From positions 32,001 through 96,000 of the IMG/VR virus record IMGVR_UViG_3300035703_000036: a stretch of 64,000 nt of DNA; one strand, 5' to 3'. Both the position numbers and the translations under genes were made by a program. The notes under the pieces were generated by a model that did not search any database, was not told the DNA's origin, and saw only the letters and a list, made by a program, of their open reading frames with translations. The stretch is from a virus. Positions 49,048-58,268 of the stretch are shown piece by piece; position 1 is the stretch's first letter, and each line of letters opens with the position of its first letter.

Positions 49048-50111
49048 TATCTACTTCCTAAAAAGCTCATAAAATCTTCATCGCTCATCTTGCTAATATC
49101 AACACCGCCCGCTGTAGCTGTCGTTGTTGTTACGGTTGCCGCCACAGTCGCTGTTGCGGTTTCTTGTTTTGATACATTTAACAAGTTTTCATCTACTGTA
49201 AGTGTTGCTGTTTTAGCGGTAGCACTTGTAGTATTTGAAGGTAGTACTTCAGATAAATTACTAGTTTGTTTTTTTAGAGCCGGCTGTTGCGTAACGGCTG
49301 TATCCATATCTGGCTCATCATCTTCCACTGTAGATGTTGATGTATTATTTTTTCTAGCTTCTAAAATTGCAGTAAGTGCTGAAGGCCCGCCTTTAACTAC
49401 TGACTCTACTTCTTCAGGACTTAATCTTAGATACATTTTATCAAGCTCTGTAGCTTCAGTTGATAGCCTGCTCAAGATTCCATCGTCAAGCTTGTGGATA
49501 ACATCTTTTTCAACCATTCCAATTCCATCTACTTTGATTTTTTCCTTAAGAACAGATACCTGATGTAGTGTATCTAGACCTCTTCCGCTACGAGAAAAAA
49601 CAAAAAAACGTCCGTTATTAACTGAGGTTGGATCGACGCCTTCAGACATTAATTTCTTAATAGTTTCATCTAGGGCCTGCTTTGCTCTATGAGGGATTTT
49701 AAGAACTCCAATTTGACCGTTTTTGTCAACCACATTCATGTGCCATTTAGAGTCTTGATTAAAGTTGTCTACCATTTCTTTAACTTTATTTAAGGTAGCT
49801 TCATCGGCGCCATTAATTTTAAGTTCATTAAGTTTTGCTTTTAATTGCTCACGACGAACATGTGCTGCTGATTCTACTTCGACCATCTTATTCTGTCTAT
49901 TAACAACTCTTACATCCAAGAACGGCTTCATTCTACCTGAAGTATCTTTATACCCATATTCAACACGGTAAAATACTGCCCAAGTTTTCTTGTCAGCTAG
50001 ATCAAACATAGGAGGTAGAATACGGTATACGTTTTCCCCGTCTTTTAGTGAGAAGATGTTTTTCTTAGCACCTTGCTTTTCATAACTTGCTGTTCCAATT
50101 TTAACGCTCAT
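49047..50111 (-). CDS. Single-stranded DNA-binding protein (gp32-like)
   Basis: LKDGEN.YRILP, DP....G..F...RSG.G..T; long T/A linker and acidic-aromatic tip. Confidence 0.7.
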   Translation of the reverse strand: MSVKIGTASYEKQGAKKNIFSLKDGENVYRILPPMFDLADKKTWAVFYRVEYGYKDTSGRMKPFLDVRVVNRQNKMVEVESAAHVRREQLKAKLNELKINGADEATLNKVKEMVDNFNQDSKWHMNVVDKNGQIGVLKIPHRAKQALDETIKKLMSEGVDPTSVNNGRFFVFSRSGRGLDTLHQVSVLKEKIKVDGIGMVEKDVIHKLDDGILSRLSTEATELDKMYLRLSPEEVESVVKGGPSALTAILEARKNNTSTSTVEDDEPDMDTAVTQQPALKKQTSNLSEVLPSNTTSATAKTATLTVDENLLNVSKQETATATVAATVTTTTATAGGVDISKMSDEDFMSFLGSR

Positions 50112-50129
50112 GTTTTTCTCCTTTTTTCA

Positions 50130-50138
50130 ATTATACCA
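50130..50138 (-). promoter_or_regulatory. Extended -10 TGGTATAAT
   Basis: Ahead of SSB RBS; same 9-mer at 20934, 41402, 43784, 51838, 56053, 59884, 63918. Confidence 0.7.
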
Positions 50139-50909
50139 CTAATTAATGTTTTTTTTGATGGCAATTAATGCGCTTTCAATTTCTTTTTTTGATACTTTTT
50201 CAATTGTTACTGTTGATTGATTTAATAATTTTTCATTTTCTACTTTGCCCGCTGATATTAGGAATACATTTCTACTAATTAAAGACAAATCTTTTAATAG
50301 ATTATTCAGAAGCTTTTCATCTTTAACATTAATCATTACCGGCACAGTTTTACCCTTGTACCCTTCGTTAATTGCCTGATGAGCGGCTTTGTCTATCGCA
50401 AACACACCGATGGCCTCAGATCCTACAATATCAGTAAAAACATCTCTCATCAATGAAATTAGGTCATCTTTACTCTTAAGAATTCTTTGATATTTAGTAT
50501 CAAATAACATTGCTTTAAAACTAGAAATCCCAATATCTCTTGCAATTTTTTCAAAGTTAGCTTGAATTAAATCAAAAACCTTAGAAGAAGAAGATTGATT
50601 TAAGTAGTTAGCTTCATGAATTTCGTCAGCAATAGTTATCAACATATCGTCGGAATTACTCGTAAAGCAATTAAAGTCTTTTTTACATATAGAGATAACC
50701 TTATCGGATTCATCACCATTAACTAGCATAAAAACTACATTATTAAGAACTTCTTTTCTATATTCTAGAAAAAGTTCTTCTAGGTCTTCTTTTGCCTTTC
50801 TTTTCATTCCCATTCTCATATTAAGAGTAGAAGGGTTGCTGCCGTCTATTTCCATAGTTGCTAATTTTTTTGTTTCATCAATTTTCTCTAATAGATTTTC
50901 AAAGCTCAT
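50139..50909 (-). CDS. Hypothetical protein
   Basis: GGAGG RBS. Confidence 0.7.
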   Translation of the reverse strand: MSFENLLEKIDETKKLATMEIDGSNPSTLNMRMGMKRKAKEDLEELFLEYRKEVLNNVVFMLVNGDESDKVISICKKDFNCFTSNSDDMLITIADEIHEANYLNQSSSSKVFDLIQANFEKIARDIGISSFKAMLFDTKYQRILKSKDDLISLMRDVFTDIVGSEAIGVFAIDKAAHQAINEGYKGKTVPVMINVKDEKLLNNLLKDLSLISRNVFLISAGKVENEKLLNQSTVTIEKVSKKEIESALIAIKKNIN

Positions 50910-51148
50910 TTTAAACCTCCTAAGCCAAAATATCCTTTAACTTTTTCATCTGTGTCAAATTGTTTAACTGTATTTTCCATATTTTCTATACCAAAAATAT
51001 TATTAGTAAAACTCTTCTGAATTCTAAACTTTCCTTCTTTATAAAAAATATCTAAAAACATTGTAGATTGATCTAAAGACATTAGAATATTAATTTTTAA
51101 ATCCCTTGAGATTTTTTTTGTCTCAATTAATCTTTTTTCTATTTCCAT
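50906..51148 (-). CDS. Hypothetical protein
   Basis: AAGGAG RBS. Confidence 0.7.
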   Translation of the reverse strand: MEIEKRLIETKKISRDLKINILMSLDQSTMFLDIFYKEGKFRIQKSFTNNIFGIENMENTVKQFDTDEKVKGYFGLGGLK

Positions 51149-51156
51149 AAATCTCC

Positions 51157-51822
51157 TTAATCCTTGAATAATTTACCAGTATATATTGCCGTAGCTTGAC
51201 TTGTTCCAGTTAAAGACGGTATACCCTTTTGAACTCCGTCTTCCTTGTCTTCAACTATATTACCATAATTAGATTTAAAATTACCTATTGAAGTGCTAGA
51301 TCCTATAACTCTAAATAAGCTCGTATTCTTAACCATTGTTTTATAACATGCAGGATAAGTATTGCATTCTTTGTTTAAATTCACTCCGTCATTTCCAGCG
51401 GCTACTGACATGCCTATATTTTGGCTATTTATTTTATTTAATAAAACATATTCTTTAATATTAAATCCATCACCAGCAAGCGACATGTTTACCCAGATTA
51501 CATTTTTTTGCTCTAAAACCATATCTAAAGATTTATTTAGGCCTTCCATAGCCCCTTCTCCTCCAAATCCTGAGTGAAATTTGATGGATACAATACAGTA
51601 TTCTTTTGAGTTGATTTGGTCTCCAATTAGACCGGTAATGTTAGATCCATGAGGATGCTGAGCAAGTCCTTTATCATCTACGGCAGATAAGACTCCATGA
51701 TCGCACATGTAGTCCTTAGACTTTTGAGATATTGACACGCCCGTATCGATAACTACTATTTTCTTTCTCTCTAAGGAAAAGACTTCAGAAGCAAAAATTA
51801 ACGAGAATATTATTCCGATCAT
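51157..51822 (-). CDS. Secreted minimal subtilisin-like (S8) protease (start moved to 51822)
   Basis: Signal peptide; VIDTG, HGS, AAGN, GTSQA; GGAGG RBS and TTGACA-N18-TATAAT promoter. Confidence 0.88.
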   Translation of the reverse strand: MIGIIFSLIFASEVFSLERKKIVVIDTGVSISQKSKDYMCDHGVLSAVDDKGLAQHPHGSNITGLIGDQINSKEYCIVSIKFHSGFGGEGAMEGLNKSLDMVLEQKNVIWVNMSLAGDGFNIKEYVLLNKINSQNIGMSVAAGNDGVNLNKECNTYPACYKTMVKNTSLFRVIGSSTSIGNFKSNYGNIVEDKEDGVQKGIPSLTGTSQATAIYTGKLFKD

Positions 51823-51856
51823 AAAACCTCCAAAAAAATTATACCATGAAATAGGC

Positions 51857-54800
51857 TTAGTTGTCAATATAAGAATCTACTGAGGTTTTTATTATTGACA
51901 TCCAAGGGCTATTTGCTTTCTTGTGGTAAAAAAAGTGAACAATACATCCTTTTTTTAGATCTTTAGGATAAGATAATAATCCGGTTTCTCTATCGGGCCA
52001 AATTACTTTTTCTGAAATATAGCCTGAGCTATCGATTAATATTTTTAAAGCTTTTTTAGTTCCATTTTTATAGGCAAATTCTTTAGCGTCTATGACATAT
52101 CCGCTAACGCAAAAATATACATCAGAATTGGTCTCCATAGAATCTAATCTTTGCAAAACTTCTCCGCTAAAGTAATTAAATTCTTTTCCTGTTTCATCAC
52201 AAATTACAGGCTGTTTTCTGTCTGAAAATATCTTTAATTTAGAATCTTTAAGTAATATTCTGTGTAAGTCCATGATCATTGTAGGAAATACATTCTTTTT
52301 TAATAAGAAGTCTTGCTTAGGAGAGAGACCTAGAAATCTTTCGTCTATCTTTCCTTTCTTAGGAGGCTGAGCTTTTACGCCTTCGTTAATCTTTTTATTG
52401 TAAAGCCTTATTCTTTCAGCGTCTTCTAGTCTTTGCATTTTCTGTTCTAAATCAAGGCCCGATTCAAACAAGCTATCTAAAACTCCAACATGCGTTAATT
52501 TTCTAGACAATTCCATTCCACAAGGGTTTTTATTTACAAAATCCTGAATATCTTTGTAGGGTCTTTTTTGGATAATGTTTTCAGATACCTTTGCACCTAA
52601 ACCACTAATAATAGATAGCTTTGATCTAATTTTGCCGGTCGTATAATCGATAATCATTTCTTCGCTAGATAGGTTTATATCTGGAGCAATTACAATATCT
52701 TTAACATGTTTCCAAAAAATTTCTTTAATCTCTTTTTCTTCGGCGTTTGATAGAACTGAAGCCCACCATTCTAAAGGATAGTGATGTTTTAAATACATAC
52801 AGGCATAGGATATCATAGAATACCCTACAGCGTGAATAATTGAAAAACCGTATCGAGCAAAAGTTTCCATCTGATTCCAGATCTCCTCTGCCGTCATCTG
52901 ATCAACAACCGTAACTGCACCTTCCATAAATTTAGGCTTTAGAGCGGCAAGATCTTTCTTTCTTTTCTTGCTCATGAAAATACGAAGATTTTCAGCATCA
53001 ATCGGATTCATCTTACCTATTTCTTTTCCGATTTTTGTGATGTCTTCTTGAAAACATAAAATACCGTAAGTATCTGGAAGCAACTCTTCCATTATCGGTA
53101 TTTTACAGCTAGAATTACCGAATCTTCTTTCGATGTATTCCTCTGCCATGTTTCTTCCGGTTTCTGGATCGATAAAATCAAGAGGGCCTGGTCTAACTAA
53201 AGCTGAAATTGTCGCCATGTCCATAATAGATCTAGGGCATATCTTTTTAACAAAAGGATACATTGATACTGTGTTTAACTGAAAGATACTAACCGTATCT
53301 CCGTTATTTAACTGATCATAAACCGCATCATCATGCGGGAGATCCCAAATGTATTCTTCTTTTCCGTCTTTAATAAAGTTACCGGCAACTAGGTTATCTC
53401 CATTTTTCTGATTAATTTTTTTTATTGTCATACCAATATCTTTCAAAGCGGAAACTACTAGAAAGTCGTATTTGATTAGCTTTGCCCATTCCACCTGTTT
53501 AGCTTCAAACTGTGTAATGCTGCCAACCCCTCCGACTTCAAAAGTAGGGATAATATCTGTAATTGGTTTATTGGCAATAACAAAAGCGCAGGCATGGCGG
53601 CCAAATTGACGAGAGATACCTAGAGCTTTTTGAACTACTTCCCATTCATCCGGTCTATTTTTAATGTATTTTTTTAAATCTGAAGATTTCTCTATTAACC
53701 CCTCAACATGGTTCCCTTCTTCGTCAGTATAGCCAAAAACAAAATCTTTATCGTTAATGCCTTGTGGAGCGGAGGGTAATGATTTTGTAAAATCTTCGAT
53801 TGACTCTTCTACGCTTCCTTTTTTATATCTGTTTACATCCTTAATTGATGACTTCAATCTCAAAAGCGTTCTTGTCGATATTTGAGCGGCTTTATCTCCC
53901 CATCTGCTATATAGATATCCCGACTGACCATTAGAGCCAACCAAAAGCTCTCTATGGGGCAAATCTACGTCCACATCGGGAAAATTACCCTGCTGAATAC
54001 GATCGGCTGATAGAAATCTGGAAAATGGTAAATTATATTTGATTGGATTTAGCTGTGTAATACCCATAAGATAAAGAAGCAACGATCCGCCAGCAGATCC
54101 GCGAGAAGGGCCTGTAACTTCGCCTTTTTCCTTGTAATGATTTAAAATATCTCTAATTGGAAAAAAGTAAGGAATGAGGTTAATTACACCGTTGTTTTTA
54201 ATAACGTCGATTTCATGCTTAAGCCTCTCTACATAAACCGGATCTTCCCACTTCATCCTTCCGTTTTCTTTAATGATCTGAATCATTTTCTTTTCAAAAT
54301 CAGGGCCAGCATCTGGTAAACTATAGTCATACTCTAGTTTAAAATTATCAAAAAGAGAGGCCCAGTTATTGTTGTTTTCAATAATAGACAAAACATCTTC
54401 CTGTGACATACCCATTTTTGTAGACAAATATTCGTAAGCCTCATCGCCGCTTTTCATGTGCGTATACTGCGATATTTTACGGTCTTCCAGCATCATATCC
54501 TGTACCATTTTATCATCCTTATTGGCATAATAAGAATATGAGGATAGAAGAATTTTATCGTTATTTCTATTTGCTAAAGCCTTAATTAATTTATTGGCAA
54601 TTAATTGTAAATCACCCTGTTCAAAATTTGTAAACTTAGAAATTAAAACCGCGGTCTTGATTGGCTTATTTACTGGGTATTTAATTTTATTAATGTAGAT
54701 AGATTTTAAAATTTTATGCTTATTGTATCTATCTTCAGCCAGTTCCTTAGCTATCATATTTGTTTTAGATTCACTTTCAACCCTATCTGTGGAAGGTATG

Positions 54801-55402
54801 CTAACAATATGTCCGTTTATATTCAGCTCTACAAAACTTTGCCAGTATTGAGAATGTTCAAAAGGAATAATACAAGCAAAAAAGTTGTCTTTAAAAATAG
54901 ATTTTAACTTAGAATAATATTTTACGCTTAGATCTGGTCTGTTTACTAGTAAATGTTTTGATACCATACACTCTATATTACTAGTGCATACGGTAACGTT
55001 TTCCTTAGATAGCTCTTCTAGATCGGCCCAGTTAAAAATAGGATATTTATTTTCATTAATAATAATTGTATCTTTTTTATCAGAAGACATCTTTATCATT
55101 TTTTGATAAGATTTTTGATCTTTAAAATGTACAACTAATTGAAAATATTTAATTTTTTCTGATTCTGTATTTTTAATAATATCACAGTTTTTATCTTTAA
55201 AATAAATCTCAACCCCTGCGATAGTTTTTACGTTAGATTTTTGCCCCATATTGTAGGCCTTCAATATAGACATCATATAGCCATGATCAGTTACGGCTAG
55301 ATATTTTAAGCCTAATTCCTTAGTTCTACCGATCATTAGATCAACAGTAGATGCCGATAAATAGGACTCAATATGGTTTACTGGGCTTACAAAATTAATC
55401 AT
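51857..55402 (-). CDS. dnaE: DNA polymerase III alpha subunit (family C)
   Basis: PHP domain (TDHG), RGSAGGS, PDVDVD, KYDFL, RPGP, YGF...HA..Y. Confidence 0.95.
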   Translation of the reverse strand: MINFVSPVNHIESYLSASTVDLMIGRTKELGLKYLAVTDHGYMMSILKAYNMGQKSNVKTIAGVEIYFKDKNCDIIKNTESEKIKYFQLVVHFKDQKSYQKMIKMSSDKKDTIIINENKYPIFNWADLEELSKENVTVCTSNIECMVSKHLLVNRPDLSVKYYSKLKSIFKDNFFACIIPFEHSQYWQSFVELNINGHIVSIPSTDRVESESKTNMIAKELAEDRYNKHKILKSIYINKIKYPVNKPIKTAVLISKFTNFEQGDLQLIANKLIKALANRNNDKILLSSYSYYANKDDKMVQDMMLEDRKISQYTHMKSGDEAYEYLSTKMGMSQEDVLSIIENNNNWASLFDNFKLEYDYSLPDAGPDFEKKMIQIIKENGRMKWEDPVYVERLKHEIDVIKNNGVINLIPYFFPIRDILNHYKEKGEVTGPSRGSAGGSLLLYLMGITQLNPIKYNLPFSRFLSADRIQQGNFPDVDVDLPHRELLVGSNGQSGYLYSRWGDKAAQISTRTLLRLKSSIKDVNRYKKGSVEESIEDFTKSLPSAPQGINDKDFVFGYTDEEGNHVEGLIEKSSDLKKYIKNRPDEWEVVQKALGISRQFGRHACAFVIANKPITDIIPTFEVGGVGSITQFEAKQVEWAKLIKYDFLVVSALKDIGMTIKKINQKNGDNLVAGNFIKDGKEEYIWDLPHDDAVYDQLNNGDTVSIFQLNTVSMYPFVKKICPRSIMDMATISALVRPGPLDFIDPETGRNMAEEYIERRFGNSSCKIPIMEELLPDTYGILCFQEDITKIGKEIGKMNPIDAENLRIFMSKKRKKDLAALKPKFMEGAVTVVDQMTAEEIWNQMETFARYGFSIIHAVGYSMISYACMYLKHHYPLEWWASVLSNAEEKEIKEIFWKHVKDIVIAPDINLSSEEMIIDYTTGKIRSKLSIISGLGAKVSENIIQKRPYKDIQDFVNKNPCGMELSRKLTHVGVLDSLFESGLDLEQKMQRLEDAERIRLYNKKINEGVKAQPPKKGKIDERFLGLSPKQDFLLKKNVFPTMIMDLHRILLKDSKLKIFSDRKQPVICDETGKEFNYFSGEVLQRLDSMETNSDVYFCVSGYVIDAKEFAYKNGTKKALKILIDSSGYISEKVIWPDRETGLLSYPKDLKKGCIVHFFYHKKANSPWMSIIKTSVDSYIDN

Positions 55403-56037
55403 TGTTCAATAATCGCAAGTAGTGAGTTATTTGAAGATCCTGCAAAATCTGTCTTTTTGCTTATAAACATATTTTTAAATTTTTTATAAACTTCAATTGT
55501 CATCAAAACATCTTCCTTTTCATTGTGGTAATCTCCACTTGGAATATTAAAATATTTGACTAAACTTTCTAAATTTCCTAAATCATCAGGAATAAAACTT
55601 ATATCTTTTAAAAACGTTACAATCTGCAGGGTGTCTAGAGAGTTGTAGTGAACCCCTAATTCGTCAGACCATACATCTTCCGGTATTAGAAAAGCATTAA
55701 CAGCCTTAATATCATAGGCTACATTTTGACCTAATGGTCTAAAATGTTTTCTTTTATTTTTTATTTTATGTTTTTTAAGAAAGGCAATTAATAGTTTGGA
55801 TGCCTCAGAATATACTATAGCTTCTTTATCGTGTTCTTCCAGATTAATTTTGGTTATTTTTAAAGCTTCTTCGGTTACATTGTATTCTTGTCCGGCGCTT
55901 TTATCGGGCTTTATTTTCAAATGGATATCATCTATAAACTCTAAGCTATCGCTTAAAACTCTCATATAGATGGTTAGTGGAGAGTGTTTTTGAGGATCTT
56001 TTCCTCCGGTTTCTAGGTCAAAAGCTAAAATATTCAT
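55399..56037 (-). CDS. DEDDh 3'-5' exonuclease (epsilon-like)
   Basis: FDLETG, GQN..YD, DT, H....D. Confidence 0.88.
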   Translation of the reverse strand: MNILAFDLETGGKDPQKHSPLTIYMRVLSDSLEFIDDIHLKIKPDKSAGQEYNVTEEALKITKINLEEHDKEAIVYSEASKLLIAFLKKHKIKNKRKHFRPLGQNVAYDIKAVNAFLIPEDVWSDELGVHYNSLDTLQIVTFLKDISFIPDDLGNLESLVKYFNIPSGDYHNEKEDVLMTIEVYKKFKNMFISKKTDFAGSSNNSLLAIIEQ

Positions 56038-56061
56038 AATACCTCTTACCCTATTATACCA

Positions 56062-56280
56062 TTATTTTATATTAATGCAATCTCTTATTTTATTCACCGC
56101 TGATTGAAATATATCTTCAACTTCTTTTTCAGAGATCATGAGGGCTTTAGCGATTTTGTCGTTATCTAATCCATCTGGATTTTTTTGAATTAATAATTTT
56201 AACGAGTTATTTAGTCTAGGATAGTAGATAAAATCTTCTTCATTTTCAATTCTTAATCTAATCTTGTCCGTTACCGCCAC
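56062..56280 (-). CDS. Stand-alone sigma70 region-4-like HTH protein (start moved to GTG 56280)
   Basis: GLDNDKIAKALMISEKEVEDIFQSAVNKIR; AAGGA RBS. Confidence 0.6.
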   Translation of the reverse strand: MAVTDKIRLRIENEEDFIYYPRLNNSLKLLIQKNPDGLDNDKIAKALMISEKEVEDIFQSAVNKIRDCINIK

Positions 56281-56659
56281 TTTCCTTTTTTCTGAAGAGC
56301 AGGACAACTTTTTCTTTTTCTCTGTTTTTGTATTCATTTTCATATTCCTTTGCAATTAATTCATACTCTCTTTGAAGCTTGTCTAATCTGTTGGCGATTT
56401 TATTTCTAACTGAAGTTATTTTTTCAAGTTTTTGCCTTACAAAATCTAATTCTATTATTGACTTCCTATACTCAGAGGCCACAGTTATTATTTCTGGTTT
56501 TTTAAGCAGGGTAATATTGTCTATAAGAGTGTCTATTAATTTAGACATATAAGCAATGTCTTCGTTATAACTTAGCAGGTCTTGTTCCATTATATTTAGC
56601 TCTATTTCCATAGCTATTAATCGTCCTGCTAAATCTTTAAATTTTTGTTTATCACTCAT
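56258..56659 (-). CDS. Coiled-coil protein
   Basis: Heptad pattern. Confidence 0.65.
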   Translation of the reverse strand: MSDKQKFKDLAGRLIAMEIELNIMEQDLLSYNEDIAYMSKLIDTLIDNITLLKKPEIITVASEYRKSIIELDFVRQKLEKITSVRNKIANRLDKLQREYELIAKEYENEYKNREKEKVVLLFRKKESGGNGQD

Positions 56660-56981
56660 TAATTTTTTCCGCAGAACCGCATGACAAGCATTTCATCATG
56701 TGAGAATTTTTTCTCTTTATAATTCTGACTTTTTCACTATAGCATTGAGAACAGCTACCAGAATTTTGTGTGGATGACTTTTTATCGTTAGCTCCGATTA
56801 AATCTTCTAGCTTTTTGTTTTTAGTCATTTCTTTTATGTGATGTTGAGTTTTATACCAAGCATCCTCTAAGGTTTGTATTTCTGATTTAAGCTTTTTATT
56901 CTCTGACACTAATCCTCTTACTTTCTCTTTTAGTCTTCTATTTTCTTCGGCCAGATATTTTTCTTCTTTTTTATCACTCAT
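56652..56981 (-). CDS. Coiled-coil protein with C-terminal Zn ribbon
   Basis: CSQC...CLSC. Confidence 0.7.
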   Translation of the reverse strand: MSDKKEEKYLAEENRRLKEKVRGLVSENKKLKSEIQTLEDAWYKTQHHIKEMTKNKKLEDLIGANDKKSSTQNSGSCSQCYSEKVRIIKRKNSHMMKCLSCGSAEKINE

Positions 56982-57032
56982 ATTTTCCCTGCCATTTATA
57001 AAATATTACCATAAAACAGCATTTTAAAAACT

Positions 57033-57057
57033 AAAAAGCCCCTTTCGGGGCTATTTT
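57033..57057. terminator. Intrinsic terminator
   Basis: AAAAAGCCCC-TTTC-GGGGCTATTTT. Confidence 0.85.
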
Positions 57058-58266
57058 TTATTCATTTGGATTTAAGCAAATGGGAAAACTTCTAAAAAAT
57101 GATCTTTTACGAGTCTTAGGTTCTACATAATAATTCAGTACTTGAATAGCTTCTGAAGCAAAACCTTTATTCTCAGCATAATTATCTTGACCAGGCACAG
57201 ATCCATTAACAATCATTCTACCTCTGGCATATACCGTGTATTCATGCCAGTGCCCTACCCTATAGTAATCTACGACCTTATTAATCTGATTACCTCGTTT
57301 AGACATCAGATTTTGAATGGTATCCCTATTTAGATTCTTAAGCTCGTCTCCATGTTCATAGACTACTGTGTTACCATATATTTCAGTCTGTAAATACAGC
57401 CCTAAAGCAATCTTAAACTTAACATGCTTAAAACCCGCCTGTACACACATGATTTCTAATGTTTTATAGATAATATATGTCAGGTTTTCTTCGCCAGGAT
57501 CATTATAGCTTTTATGATCTTCAGGTCGATCATGATTTCCTGTTACGCAAGGAATCTCTACTTCGATACCTAACGGAGCGGTAGCTATAGCGATAGGCTT
57601 AATTAAATCTTCAAACATAGATTCGATGGCTACGGCAGTTTGTTTTGAAGAACTAAATTCACTAGACTTTCTAGACTCTTGACCATGAAAGTGAGCGTTT
57701 TCGATAATATCTCCAATCATAGCGATAATGATTTTATGAATATTAAAAGACTTACTTTCTCTTTGGACTTCATCAAGAACTACCTTGGTGATTTTGCTAA
57801 CTCTTTGCCTAATAACGGAAGCGTCTACTTGATTATTTTCAATACTTTTAATAAGTTTTCCATAGTGGACATCTGAAAAAAGAAGTTCAAGGGTCATATT
57901 TCTTTTACCCTTGACCGAGCTTTTTTTAGCTTTATTAATCTTTACCTTATTAATTCTTGAAACAACACCCTTGATCTCATCCATAAGATCTTCGCGCTTA
58001 GTAAGGTAGTCCGTTAAGATCCTATTTTCTTTAGCAGTTTCAGATTTAACCTTTTTTTGTCTAAAAATATCCTTAATATTCTTAACTTGATATTCCTGAT
58101 CAGAGGCTAAATCTCTATACCGATAATATGTTTTCTTTATATTATCGGCAGTTTTATTCTTTTTAAATCTAGTATTGTAAAGCTCGGCAATCTCATTGAA
58201 TTGGAGACCTTTTTGCTCTCTTTTTTCAATAATAAAAGCGACTTCTTTTTCGTTAAACAATTCCAT
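57058..58266 (-). CDS. HTH plus calcineurin-like metallophosphoesterase
   Basis: DVHYG, GDIIE, GNHD, HGD, GHWH; N-terminal FNEIAE helix-turn-helix. Confidence 0.85.
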   Translation of the reverse strand: MELFNEKEVAFIIEKREQKGLQFNEIAELYNTRFKKNKTADNIKKTYYRYRDLASDQEYQVKNIKDIFRQKKVKSETAKENRILTDYLTKREDLMDEIKGVVSRINKVKINKAKKSSVKGKRNMTLELLFSDVHYGKLIKSIENNQVDASVIRQRVSKITKVVLDEVQRESKSFNIHKIIIAMIGDIIENAHFHGQESRKSSEFSSSKQTAVAIESMFEDLIKPIAIATAPLGIEVEIPCVTGNHDRPEDHKSYNDPGEENLTYIIYKTLEIMCVQAGFKHVKFKIALGLYLQTEIYGNTVVYEHGDELKNLNRDTIQNLMSKRGNQINKVVDYYRVGHWHEYTVYARGRMIVNGSVPGQDNYAENKGFASEAIQVLNYYVEPKTRKRSFFRSFPICLNPNE

Positions 58267-58268
58267 AT

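Noticed and set aside
49033-49563. 176-aa + strand ORF
   Set aside because: Antisense shadow of the low-complexity SSB linker; no RBS. The same applies to the other antisense ORFs inside long genes (e.g. 7653, 13179, 25750, 30590, 40341).
50139-50909. Degenerate nucleotide-kinase fold
   Set aside because: Only a vague alpha/beta pattern and no P-loop; not supportable by eye.
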